Origin: a virus
Length of the DNA: 64,000 nucleotides
IMG/VR virus record: IMGVR_UViG_3300038425_000174
Direction: 5' to 3' (one strand)
The notes under the pieces were generated by a model, which saw nothing but the letters and a program-made list of their open reading frames with translations, was not told the DNA's origin and searched no databases. The first letter of the stretch is position 1; every line of letters begins with the position of its first letter. The position numbers and the translations under genes were made by a program. Shown piece by piece: positions 10,114 to 19,313 of the stretch.

Positions 10114-12717
10114 ATGCCGAATCCTGCGACAGCCCTACGGACCCTGACGCCCAGCCCGCCGCAGCGGTCGGTGGTGGACGGGTTCGTCTCCACGACGCAT
10201 CCTGCCCCGTCGGGGTTCACTGAACCGGTGTGGGTGATCGTGCCGGAACACTCTTCGACGGTGCCCATCGGGCCGTGTGAATGGGGGGCGATCCACGGTT
10301 CGAGCTTGCCGAAACAGGGCGCGGCGTGCGTGGTCGCGTTCGATGAACGGGAAGTCGCGACGGTGGTCTGGTGGGAAGGCCCGTACGTCGGGGGTGGAGG
10401 CGGCGGCAAAGAATATAAAGCCAAAGCCTCCGGTGGACTGGCGCTCGGCGGCGCGGAATCAAACGAATTCTACATCGCCACCTCGGGCGTCCTGGAAGGG
10501 ATGCTCGCCGAACACGCCGTCACTGAATCGAAGCTGTCGGTAGCCGTCCAGGCAAAGCTCGCGGAAATCATAGTCTACACCGCTGGCGAAAACCTAGAAC
10601 TCACGGGGACCAAATTCAAGCTCGCTGAAGCGGTGTCCATCGTCAAAACGCTGAAAGTCGCAGAAGCTATCACGGGCGAAAAGACGCTCAAAGTCAAGGA
10701 AGGCACAACCCTCGAAGGCGAACTCAAAGCACAGGGCGCGCTCGTCGCATCGAAAACTCTGAAAGTCGAAGAACTCACGACCGCCCACGGAGGGCTGACC
10801 GTCGAAGGCGTCCTCACCCTCCCGGCGAAATCCATCAAAGCCGCATCGTTGGCAGAAGGTGAAATCACTAACGCCTACATCGCAGCGGGCGCAGGGATCG
10901 AAGAATCCAAGCTGAACATCTCGGGCGTCGTGAAGCTGGCCGGGGAACAGACGATCACGGGCAAGAAGACGCTGGAAGGAGGCCCGCTGCTTGAGGGTGG
11001 GCCGACGATGCGCGGAGCCTCTCCGGATGCCGAACTAGGGACCACTCTCATATCCGGCGCCATCTCAAAGGGTGCGTCCACCACAGCGGTATCCCTCTAC
11101 GCCGCCGGGACGACGTATGGCAAAGGGGCCATAGTCGAAGAAGGCAGCGGCGGCTACCGCTACATCAGTCTGGAAGCGGGCAACAAAGGCCACACGCCGA
11201 AAACCTCGCCCGCCAATTGGGAAGTGTTCACCGCCTGGTCGTTCGGCGCGGGGTGGGTGGAAGAAGGCGTCAACGCCCACCACGAAACAGGACACACTGT
11301 CGCGCTGTCCTACGCCTTCACGAAAGCCCAGGAAGAAGCAGGGGTCGGGCCGTTCGTGGCGGGTGCGCTCTATCTAGTGACAATCGTGCTGGCAACGGGT
11401 AGTCACACGGCGAGCGCGAGCACCTTCTACCAGGTGTGGTGCGGCGGGTCATCAGGCGCGCTCAGCAACTACGGTGAACAAAAGGAGGAGGTACTCTGCA
11501 CGGGCGTAGCGGGCCGGGTCTTCACGGTGAACGTCAGCGAAAAATGGGTCGGCACTATCGAAGAAATAACAGTCGAACACCTGATCCCCTCGACTGCGGC
11601 GATGGTCGTCCAGAACGAAAAAGGGGTAGCGGCGTGGGAAGTCCGCACCCCCGTCACACCGAAAAACATCTTGTCCGTCGGCATCAATGCCGGACGTGCG
11701 CTTCTCGCCAGCGCGGGAGCTTCTGAAAACTCGTTCTTTGGGGCTAGTGCAGGGGCCTCCTGTACATTGGGGTCTACCAACACGTTCTTTGGGTTCGGCG
11801 CCGGAAAAAACATTACGACCGGCAAGTACAACTTGCTCATGGGGGCGAATGCGGGAAGTCTGCTGACGACCGCCTTCCAGAACGTCGCACTAGGAGCATC
11901 TTCACTTGGCAACGCACGCGCCGTGGAAGGCACGGTCGCGATTGGCTACAAAGCGGGTGGCGGCCTGGTGGTCGGTGTCCAGAATACGTTTGTCGGCGAA
12001 GGCGCCTGGTCGTCAATGACCGAAGGGTCGGGCAACCTCAGCATCGGATACGGCGTCGGTAGCGGTGTCAAAATCGCCAACGAAATGCTCCTGCTGGGGT
12101 ACGAAGCAAGCTGCTCTGAAAAACTGTCAAAGTCGGCAGCCATTGGATACCAGGCCAAAGTTGAACAGAGTGAATCAATCACAATCGGCAAGGCTGGCTA
12201 CAAGGTCGGGATCGGTGTAGGCAAACCCGGCTACGCACTGGACGTGGCAGGGGAAGGGCACTTCTCCGAAGGCATACTCGGCGGAAAGACGCTGAGGATC
12301 GAAGAACTGACAACAGCGCACGGTGGCCTGACTGTCGAAGGCACCCTGACATTGCCGAGCGCCTCCATTGTTGCCAGCTACATCAAAGCGGAAGCAGTCG
12401 AACCGTCCAAGGTGCTGCCGGCCACGACGCCCAAACCGAGCGGTGCCGAAAACACGGTTGTCCTTGGTGTCGCGGGGGTGTCCCGGAAGATCACGGCGGC
12501 GATCACGACCAAACTCGGCACCAAAGCATACAAAGTCAAACACGGCCTCGAAACGAAAGCGCTGCAGGTCGGGATGCAGAACGAAGAAGCAGGCAAAGAA
12601 CTGCCGGGCGAAGGTCTCTTCACCGGCTACCTCTGGAAAGCGATCAGCCTCTCGGAAATCGAACTCGAATTCACGCCCGCCGGCAAAGAAGTCTTCTTCG
12701 TCACCGTCACCGGATAG
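10114..12717 (+). CDS. Baseplate spike (gpV-like N-terminus) fused to a fibre with YadA-like beta-roll repeats
   Basis: N-terminal LPKQGAACVVAFDE...VVWWEG is gpV/OB-like. About ten 14-residue N-x-(F/A)-(F/I/L)-G-x-x-A repeats at about 11710-12190. Confidence 0.7.
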   Translation: MPNPATALRTLTPSPPQRSVVDGFVSTTHPAPSGFTEPVWVIVPEHSSTVPIGPCEWGAIHGSSLPKQGAACVVAFDEREVATVVWWEGPYVGGGGGGKEYKAKASGGLALGGAESNEFYIATSGVLEGMLAEHAVTESKLSVAVQAKLAEIIVYTAGENLELTGTKFKLAEAVSIVKTLKVAEAITGEKTLKVKEGTTLEGELKAQGALVASKTLKVEELTTAHGGLTVEGVLTLPAKSIKAASLAEGEITNAYIAAGAGIEESKLNISGVVKLAGEQTITGKKTLEGGPLLEGGPTMRGASPDAELGTTLISGAISKGASTTAVSLYAAGTTYGKGAIVEEGSGGYRYISLEAGNKGHTPKTSPANWEVFTAWSFGAGWVEEGVNAHHETGHTVALSYAFTKAQEEAGVGPFVAGALYLVTIVLATGSHTASASTFYQVWCGGSSGALSNYGEQKEEVLCTGVAGRVFTVNVSEKWVGTIEEITVEHLIPSTAAMVVQNEKGVAAWEVRTPVTPKNILSVGINAGRALLASAGASENSFFGASAGASCTLGSTNTFFGFGAGKNITTGKYNLLMGANAGSLLTTAFQNVALGASSLGNARAVEGTVAIGYKAGGGLVVGVQNTFVGEGAWSSMTEGSGNLSIGYGVGSGVKIANEMLLLGYEASCSEKLSKSAAIGYQAKVEQSESITIGKAGYKVGIGVGKPGYALDVAGEGHFSEGILGGKTLRIEELTTAHGGLTVEGTLTLPSASIVASYIKAEAVEPSKVLPATTPKPSGAENTVVLGVAGVSRKITAAITTKLGTKAYKVKHGLETKALQVGMQNEEAGKELPGEGLFTGYLWKAISLSEIELEFTPAGKEVFFVTVTG

Positions 12718-12725
12718 AGAGAGCA

Positions 12726-13052
12726 ATGGCACAATCATTAGAACTCAAGATGCGCTGCACGCAGATAGTCGAATTGGCGCAGGAAGAAGCAAATCCGATC
12801 TACGCCCAGAAACTCGCGGAACTCGCCGCGGGAGGTAAGGGTGAAGCCGAAGCAAAGGCACAGCTCGAAAGCGAAGGGATACATGAACGGATTGAGAACG
12901 TCTTGGCGGTCGCGACGCTAGAGCAGGAAGGCACGAGTAACAAGGTCGAAGTAGAGGCAGAGCCGTCGGTGCTTCTAGCGGGAGCTATCTACGGGGTCAG
13001 CTTCACGGAGATCGCCAATCCACCAAAGCCACAACCCCCGGCGGTAACATGA
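12726..13052 (+). CDS. Hypothetical protein in the baseplate module
   Basis: SD-like GAGAG; codon style matches neighbours. Confidence 0.55.
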   Translation: MAQSLELKMRCTQIVELAQEEANPIYAQKLAELAAGGKGEAEAKAQLESEGIHERIENVLAVATLEQEGTSNKVEVEAEPSVLLAGAIYGVSFTEIANPPKPQPPAVT

Positions 13053-13315
13053 TCTCGCAAAAACGCACACGCGCACCACGGAAAGCATCGCCGGGGGTCA
13101 AGCCTCTTCCCCGCCGGCTCTCTGATGTCGATCTGAAAGCGCGGCAGCAGCTCGTCGCCCGCCGCGATGCGCTCCAACGGGCCGCAGAAGAGATCCACCA
13201 GGCGTCAAGCGAACTGGATGGGGCGTGGGCCTTCTGGCGTGACCAGATAAACCCCAAATACCAGATGACCCCGCAGGACAGCGTCGCCGACGATGGGACG
13301 ATCACTCGCGCGTAA
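13049..13315 (+). CDS. Hypothetical coiled-coil protein (possible fibre/spike chaperone)
   Basis: ATGA overlap; heptad-rich central region. Confidence 0.5.
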   Translation: MISQKRTRAPRKASPGVKPLPRRLSDVDLKARQQLVARRDALQRAAEEIHQASSELDGAWAFWRDQINPKYQMTPQDSVADDGTITRA

Positions 13316-13324
13316 GGAGGCCAC

Positions 13325-13624
13325 ATGGAACCGGTGCATCTCGCCAGCCCATTCGCATTCAACGCCCGCGGCGTGGCAAACACGGTGGTGCAGGACAGCG
13401 AAGCAGACCGGCGCGACCGTGCCTACAACGTGTGTGTCTGTATCGAAGGGGAACGCGAAGACAATCCCCCGTTCGGGATACCGGATCTCACGTTCGCGAG
13501 CCTGCCATTGAACCTTCGGCCCCTACAGACGGCGATAGAACGCTGGGCGGAAGTGCCGGTGACCGCCAGCGAAGCGGAAGAAGCGTACGTCGCAGCACGG
13601 CGCGTCACGATCGAAATAGGGTGA
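13325..13624 (+). CDS. Baseplate wedge protein (gp25/GpW-like)
   Basis: GEREDNPPFG motif; 99 aa; precedes baseplate J; SD AAGGAGG. Confidence 0.8.
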   Translation: MEPVHLASPFAFNARGVANTVVQDSEADRRDRAYNVCVCIEGEREDNPPFGIPDLTFASLPLNLRPLQTAIERWAEVPVTASEAEEAYVAARRVTIEIG

Positions 13625-13627
13625 CCG

Positions 13628-15106
13628 ATGGCGGAATACATCAAAGTGGAAGTCGCCACTGAAGCGGCGCAGCTGCTCGACACCGCCATCGAAAAGCTCG
13701 AAGCGGAAATGGTCGCCAGGGGCGTGGAAAACTACAAGCCCTCGGAAGCCGATCTGGAGATCATCATCCTCGGTGTCATCTCCACGATGGCGGCAGATGC
13801 GGCGGTCGTGGCCTCGACACTGCTGGATGCGGCGTTCCGGAAATATGGGGTTGAAGCGTTCGGACTGCTGTATAACGAAGGGGCGTTCGCGAAAGCCGCT
13901 ACGACGTGGACACAGCTGCCCGAAGGTGGGAAATACCCGGTGCGGACGATCGAAGCGGGACTGCAGCTCGAAGCTGCGGGCCTCGCGTTCCAGGTCGAAT
14001 CGAACGTCACGACCATCTCGGAACAGGCGACGGTGACGGTGGAGATCGTCGCAGTGGAACGCGGCACGGAATACAACGGCATCAGCTCCGGCCTGTCGCT
14101 CGTGAACAGTCTGAACTATGTCAAAGAAGTCGCGTTCAGCGGGGAAACCTCGGGCGGAGTGAACCAGGAAACGGACGAAGAATACATGGCGCGGCTGACC
14201 TCGATCCTGCGGCTGCAGGCACCGAGGCCGATCACCGCCAGCAACTTCGCGGAAATGACGCTGTACGGATCATCTGGGGTCGCAGTGGAACGGGCGACGG
14301 CGATCGATGGCTACAACCCGGAAACGATCACAATAGAAGCGAAAACGAACAGCTCGACCACCCTGACGGAAGTTTCGACGTTCACCGGGGTGAGCTTGGA
14401 ATCGGTGTCGCTGCCGCAGAAGCACCCCGGGTCGATGCTGCACTATGAAGGCGACGCGACGTATGCGACCCTGCCGCGGAACACGACGGCCGTCAGCAAA
14501 AAAGCCGCAGCGGAAATGGTCATCTCCCCTGCCGCCCTGAAATCGGAAGCGAAACACAAAATCGAAGTGATCGGCAAATACGAAGAACCGAAGTATGTGA
14601 CGGTGTTCGTGAAGCTGCCGAAAAAGACCAGGGCGGAAGAAGGCGAAGCGGCGGCGATAGCGCTGCGCACGACGATCCAGAAATACCTGGAATCCTACCG
14701 GGAAATCAACTTCAAAGTGCTGGTGGAACCGCCGTCCTACAACGAAATCCAGATCACCGCGGAGGTGCATTGTCTACCGGGCTACACCGAAGCGACGGTC
14801 GCGGAAAACGTGAAAGTCGCCCTGGAAACGTTCCTGTCCCCCGCAAACTATGGCAACCCGTCCGGTGCTGCGGTGGGCGGGAAGACGTGGTTGAACGCGA
14901 CGGAAGCGTTCGGGCTGCTGCGGTACAACCAGCTGATCGGTGTGATGGAGGCCGTCGCGGGGGTTGCGTACGTGCCCTCGGGGTCCGCCGGGTTGTCGAT
15001 CGGGCTCGCGGAAGCGCCGGGGTCGAAAACGGCCGATCTGGCGCTGGTGGGTCCCGCTCCGTTGACGTATACGGAAGCGGCGACCGTGAAAGTCACGGCG
15101 GTCTAG
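13628..15106 (+). CDS. Baseplate J-like protein
   Basis: TSGGVNQETDEEYMARL and PRPITASNF motifs; position after the wedge gene. Confidence 0.85.
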   Translation: MAEYIKVEVATEAAQLLDTAIEKLEAEMVARGVENYKPSEADLEIIILGVISTMAADAAVVASTLLDAAFRKYGVEAFGLLYNEGAFAKAATTWTQLPEGGKYPVRTIEAGLQLEAAGLAFQVESNVTTISEQATVTVEIVAVERGTEYNGISSGLSLVNSLNYVKEVAFSGETSGGVNQETDEEYMARLTSILRLQAPRPITASNFAEMTLYGSSGVAVERATAIDGYNPETITIEAKTNSSTTLTEVSTFTGVSLESVSLPQKHPGSMLHYEGDATYATLPRNTTAVSKKAAAEMVISPAALKSEAKHKIEVIGKYEEPKYVTVFVKLPKKTRAEEGEAAAIALRTTIQKYLESYREINFKVLVEPPSYNEIQITAEVHCLPGYTEATVAENVKVALETFLSPANYGNPSGAAVGGKTWLNATEAFGLLRYNQLIGVMEAVAGVAYVPSGSAGLSIGLAEAPGSKTADLALVGPAPLTYTEAATVKVTAV

Positions 15107-15107
15107 C

Positions 15108-15719
15108 ATGTTCCGGGAACGATTCCAGACGCATCTCGCACCGTGGAACACCGGGCCGCTGGTGTCCGGCGAGACCGATCTGGAACGCTACGTGAAAGCG
15201 ATAGCGGCGATGTTCGAACCGGTGTCATCGCTGGCGGAAGAATCCGGCTCGGATGGGGAAGCAGGCTGGGTGCCCCCGTATGGGACGCTGTTTGACCCGG
15301 CGACGTGTCCGAAGGACGCTATGGAGTACCTGGCGAACTATCTGGGGACGGCGCTACCGGCTGGCGGCACGGAAGCGGAATGGCGTGCGGTGCTGCTGGC
15401 GAAATCCGGCGAGGCGCGAGGAACGCTGGGATCGCTGGAAGCGCTACTTAGGAAAGCCCTGGGTTCGGTCCCGTTCTACATCCTAGAGCGCACCACGCCC
15501 AGTCTGACGGCGGGTTCGGCGTGGGAACTGGCGATCCTGATTCCGGCAGGGCACGTCGGGGAAGCGGTGTATAAGGAAATCAACCTGACGATCCCGGCGG
15601 GAATCATGTATGCGGTGATCGAACGGTTGGACACCTGGTATGCGGTGAAAGCGGGAAAGAAATGGTCGGAAGTCAAAGCGGGCCTCAAATGGAGCGAATC
15701 CGTTGAAGGCGAACCGTAG
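15108..15719 (+). CDS. Baseplate I-like (P2 gpI) tail protein
   Basis: DPATCPKDAMEYLANYLG and RGTLGSLEALL motifs; follows J. Confidence 0.75.
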   Translation: MFRERFQTHLAPWNTGPLVSGETDLERYVKAIAAMFEPVSSLAEESGSDGEAGWVPPYGTLFDPATCPKDAMEYLANYLGTALPAGGTEAEWRAVLLAKSGEARGTLGSLEALLRKALGSVPFYILERTTPSLTAGSAWELAILIPAGHVGEAVYKEINLTIPAGIMYAVIERLDTWYAVKAGKKWSEVKAGLKWSESVEGEP

Positions 15720-15728
15720 GAGGATCTG

Positions 15729-16424
15729 ATGGCGGAAAAAACGACCGCCGCACCGTTCGAACTCCCGTATCCGACTAGCGCGGGGGAAGTGAAAAATGGG
15801 GCGACAGACATTGAAGAACTCGCGGCGCGGCTGGCGACGGTGTTCAAAGAACACGTGCTCGTCATCAACAAACGAGCGGCATCGTATGAAGCGGCGTCCG
15901 GGGAACTCGGGGAACTAACGAAAACGGCGCAGACGGTAACGCTGCCAAACGTCGCGACGGCGAACCAGATCATTGGCGTATTCTCCACCGTCGCGGAAAC
16001 CAAAATCACGACGGTCGCCAAAATCTACGGTGATTTCGTGGAAGGTGCCAGCGGCATCATCCTGACCACCAATCAGCACGTCGTCCTTCAGAGCAACGGC
16101 GCAAACTGGTTCATCATCGCCGGGGAACCGAGGCGAGAAACTGCCTACGTCGCGCAGAAAGCCTTTGCCTCGGCCGAATCCCTCCCGGCTGCCGCGTTCA
16201 CCCGGCCCGCGTCGGTGTTGGTCGAAGCCGCTGGCGCACTAGAACTCGAAGGGTCGATGACCGTCAGTGTCGGTGGAGTGCAGGTAGGGGCCGCCCAGTG
16301 GGGGAATAACGTAAAAGGGCTCGCCGCTATTCAGACGATCAGCTTCGACCTGAACGCGGGCGAGAAATGGTCGGCGACAGCTACAAACGTCACTAGGCTC
16401 GTCTGGACCTACAAGCTGCGCTGA
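15729..16424 (+). CDS. Tail fibre / receptor-binding protein
   Basis: N-terminal PFELPYPTS...DIEELAARL anchor; TVTLP and LQSNGANWFII fibre-like motifs; last gene of the tail operon. Confidence 0.65.
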   Translation: MAEKTTAAPFELPYPTSAGEVKNGATDIEELAARLATVFKEHVLVINKRAASYEAASGELGELTKTAQTVTLPNVATANQIIGVFSTVAETKITTVAKIYGDFVEGASGIILTTNQHVVLQSNGANWFIIAGEPRRETAYVAQKAFASAESLPAAAFTRPASVLVEAAGALELEGSMTVSVGGVQVGAAQWGNNVKGLAAIQTISFDLNAGEKWSATATNVTRLVWTYKLR

Positions 16425-16431
16425 CCCACCG

Positions 16432-17022
16432 TTAGTCTTCACTCGGCACCGTGCATGTGACCTCAAGCTGGTACCACGCTTCTTCACCCGGCAGGCCGTA
16501 CGTGCCGGGCAGTTTGGCGAAGCGGGACACTTCCCAGCCCGTCGCCGGTTCGTCCCAGCCTCCCGCTACGTGCTCCGGGACAAGCCCTTCGAATTCCTCG
16601 ACGGGTTTCTCGTACCCTACGTCCGGGGTGATTTTGTAGGCGCTGGTGCCTCCCGACTCGGCGATGTCACCGGAGGGGCAGGACACCGTTTCTTCGATGT
16701 AGACGACGCATTCCTTAGCGCCGCATGGCTGCTTCACGAGGTTACCCTTCACCACGATCGTTCCGACACCCTGCGGCCCCGGCTTTCCTTCGGGTCCCTG
16801 GACGCTGACGCCAGATGGCCCTGTAACCCCTTGAGCGCCGGCAGGCCCCCGAGGGCCAGTTGCCCCCGTCACGGTCTCCGTAACGATGGGCACGGGCCTG
16901 CGGAGCGTTCGTAGCACGCTCGGCTTGATCTGGCTGGTGCTCGTGATGAGGTAGTGATGACTCACCACGGCAGGGACGGCGAGAGAGACAACCACTGCGA
17001 GACCTGCTGCGAGCTTGGGCAT
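16432..17022 (-). CDS. Secreted collagen-like protein (moron)
   Basis: Signal-peptide-like N-terminus; G-x-y repeats GATGPRGPAGAQGVTGPSG and GPEGKPGPQG; opposite strand to the tail operon, with its own promoter and SD. Confidence 0.75.
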   Translation of the reverse strand: MPKLAAGLAVVVSLAVPAVVSHHYLITSTSQIKPSVLRTLRRPVPIVTETVTGATGPRGPAGAQGVTGPSGVSVQGPEGKPGPQGVGTIVVKGNLVKQPCGAKECVVYIEETVSCPSGDIAESGGTSAYKITPDVGYEKPVEEFEGLVPEHVAGGWDEPATGWEVSRFAKLPGTYGLPGEEAWYQLEVTCTVPSED

Positions 17023-17158
17023 GGGACCTCCGGTTCTGGAGTCCGAGCCCTACTCCGTGCGTTTCGTCCTGGCCGTCTCTCTCCAGGACGCTTACGACGA
17101 TCATATCAGGCCCCCGCGCCGTTTGCGCGGCCGGGGGCGTGCCCGGAACCCCTGGGAG
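17023..17158. promoter_or_regulatory. Repeated regulatory cassette, copy A: 87-nt promoter/leader (17023-17109) plus 49-nt GC hairpin element (17110-17158)
   Basis: Near-identical to 30677-30763 and 30859-30907. Minus-strand extended -10 TGaTATGAT at 17100-17108. Confidence 0.8.
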
Positions 17159-17166
17159 GTCCCGAG

Positions 17167-17352
17167 ATGCCAAAGCCTATACCTACGCTCCGGCTCCGTT
17201 GCGAAGCGGTCGCCGACACGCCTAACGGTGTCGTTGCTGCCATCGTGGAAGGTGGAGCGGTTGCGGCAAATAGGCTCTCGACCTTCTTTGTTCCAGCAGG
17301 ACAGCAGTGGGAAGTCAACCAGACTGCAAAGGCGTCAGCCGTTCAGCTATAG
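17167..17352 (+). CDS. Small hypothetical protein (61 aa)
   Basis: GGGAGG SD before ATG at 17167; divergent from the collagen gene. Confidence 0.5.
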   Translation: MPKPIPTLRLRCEAVADTPNGVVAAIVEGGAVAANRLSTFFVPAGQQWEVNQTAKASAVQL

Positions 17353-17373
17353 GGCCGACGAAGGGGAGGGGCA

Positions 17374-17694
17374 ATGACAGAAGGCCAGGTTTGGGACCTC
17401 GTAACCCAGACGCTCGACCGGCTGGAGGGTAAGGTCGACACGGGACTCGCCGGTCTCAATGCCAAGCTCGACACGAAGGCTGATAAGGCCGATCTTTCGC
17501 GTCTGTATGGCCGATTGGAAGGCACGGAACGCCGGGTGGACAAGGTCGAACGCGCGGAGGCCGAGGACGCCCTGGCGGCCGAGGTCACCCACGATCACGA
17601 ACAGGCACGTAGAGAGCGCACCCATAGACGTATGCTGCTCGCCTGTAGCGTGGTCTCGACCGCGGCCTTGGTGATTGCGGTGGTGCATGTCTGA
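17374..17694 (+). CDS. Coiled-coil membrane protein of the lysis region
   Basis: Heptad coiled coil plus one C-terminal TM helix; SD GGAGG. Confidence 0.6.
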   Translation: MTEGQVWDLVTQTLDRLEGKVDTGLAGLNAKLDTKADKADLSRLYGRLEGTERRVDKVERAEAEDALAAEVTHDHEQARRERTHRRMLLACSVVSTAALVIAVVHV

Positions 17695-18268
17695 GGTACC
17701 ACCCGCGCTACGCCCGGTGATCTGGCTGCTGCGCCACTTCAACAGTAACCCGAGATTTCAATACCAATTCAACCTGGTCGGTACCGCAGTGGGCGTCGCG
17801 GTAATGATCGCCATGCCGCTCGTGTACTTTCTCGCGCCGCACGTCTGGGCGTCCAGTTCGATCCTCGCTCTCATCGAGATCACCCTGTATGGCAATGCTA
17901 GCTCGGACTATGTCGGAGTGTCGGACGCTGAGGCTAGTGGCCACTCCGCAGCGCTACGCGCCATTCGCTCCAGCGCCGCACATCACCGTCTCGCCGGACG
18001 TGTCTTCGACGCGCTGACGTCGGACGCACGTACCCAATACCGCCTTCATCTTGTGTTGACGTACGTCTGGATTGTGCAGATGGTGATGGCGCCCTTCATC
18101 TTTGCGCTCGCTTCGAGCTTCTTTGGTGAGTATGACATTCTCTACACACTCCTCGTCAACGGGTATACAAACGTAGCGACCAACTTCTCCGCGCTTCCCG
18201 GCACGCTTGCAGCAGTACGCCTTCAGGAGGTGCGCGAGGGTCGGTCACCGTGGGAGTCAAGAAGATGA
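17687..18268 (+). CDS. Internally duplicated membrane protein (holin-like candidate)
   Basis: Two homologous halves, each with (N/D)xRxQYxxxL followed by two TM helices and a YxNxxx(D/N) motif. Confidence 0.55.
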   Translation: MSEVPPALRPVIWLLRHFNSNPRFQYQFNLVGTAVGVAVMIAMPLVYFLAPHVWASSSILALIEITLYGNASSDYVGVSDAEASGHSAALRAIRSSAAHHRLAGRVFDALTSDARTQYRLHLVLTYVWIVQMVMAPFIFALASSFFGEYDILYTLLVNGYTNVATNFSALPGTLAAVRLQEVREGRSPWESRR

Positions 18269-18870
18269 AGACTTGCAGTAGATGCGGTATCGCCCAGCCC
18301 TTCACTAATTTCTATAGGCATTCCCGAACCCGAGACGGCAGGCAGTCTCACTGTAAGGACTGTGATCGGAAGCGCTATCGCGAAGATCCGGAGCGCCGCG
18401 CGCAGGTCAAAGCGAGTAAACGCCGCCGCCATCTCGAAGATTCGGCAGCGATGCAGGCGCAGTGCCGTCGTTGGGTCGCGGCCAATCCTGAGCGATGGCG
18501 AGAGATCGGACGACTGGGTAAACAAAGACAAAGGGCAGCCGACCCGGAGCGAGCCCGTGAAACGAGTCGGCTCGCGTCTCGTAAGAGGCGTGCGCTCGCG
18601 CCGAGGGGCGCGTGACCCTTGGGAGATACCGTGCCCGCAAGCGCGACCAGTTCATCGAGGATGTAGACCCCAATCTGGTCTACGAGATGCACGGTGGGCG
18701 CTGTGGCAATATGTGGTGAGTTCATCTCTCACGAGGAGTTTCATGTTGATCATGTAATTCCACTCGTGGAGGGTGGCCCACACGGGTATATCAACGTTCA
18801 GCCTGCCCACCCAGCCTGCAATATCTCTAAGGGCGCCCGGCTTCCCAGCGAACTCAGTGTGCAGTCATGA
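18265..18870 (+). pseudogene. Split/frameshifted HNH endonuclease
   Basis: Zn-ribbon ORF 18265-18615. The frame from GTG 18612 reads ...MHGGRCG, then needs a +1 shift near 18708 to give ICGE...HVDHVIPLVEGG...NVQPAHPACNISK up to TGA 18870. Confidence 0.7.
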
Positions 18871-19304
18871 CTCGCGACGACCTCAAGCAGGCGATCTTCG
18901 GCGGCGCTGACGGTCTGACCTCTGCGCTCGGGGCGATCGTGGTGCTCGCTGCTAAGGGCGACTACCAGGCGCTTGTCATCGCATCGGTGGCCTACGCGGT
19001 GGGAGCGGCCTGGAGCATGGGCGGATCTGAGTACCTGTCGGACTTCAGCGGCAGCCTGCGCAGGGCGACCGTGATGGCTCTCGCCACGCTGACGTACTCG
19101 ATCGCGCCCGCGATCCCCTTCTTTGCCCTGAGCGGTCTCGCGGCATGGATCGGCGCGATTGTCATCACCGTGCTCTGCGCGGCGCTGATCGCGGAGGCTC
19201 GTCCCTACGGGGCGCTCAAGAGTTACACACAGACGTTCGGCATCGTCGGTGTTGGAGCTGTGCTGGCGGTCGGGGCGAGTCTCTTGGCCGGCGTACTGAT
19301 CTAG
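18867..19304 (+). CDS. Minimal VIT1/CCC1-family membrane protein
   Basis: IFGGADGLTS and AWSMGGSEYLS match the VIT1 GxxDG and SMxxGEY motifs; lacks the cytoplasmic loop. Confidence 0.75.
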   Translation: MTRDDLKQAIFGGADGLTSALGAIVVLAAKGDYQALVIASVAYAVGAAWSMGGSEYLSDFSGSLRRATVMALATLTYSIAPAIPFFALSGLAAWIGAIVITVLCAALIAEARPYGALKSYTQTFGIVGVGAVLAVGASLLAGVLI

Positions 19305-19313
19305 GAGGAAACA

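Noticed and set aside
2561-16424. Tailocin / extracellular contractile injection system
   Set aside because: A head-tail connector, integrase, lysis and replication genes are linked, and no AAA+ ATPase typical of eCIS is seen; a phage tail is simpler.
15729-16424. Diversity-generating retroelement or invertible fibre cassette
   Set aside because: No reverse transcriptase, template repeat, second fibre end or flanking inverted sites seen.
17055-17109. Hammerhead or pistol ribozyme in the duplicated leader (CUGAUAUGA...stem...GAAAC; UAAGCG; AGGGC)
   Set aside because: Eleven extra nt separate the CUGA-like core from stem II, the CUGAUAUGA overlaps the predicted -10, and the pistol pseudoknot partner GCCCU is absent.
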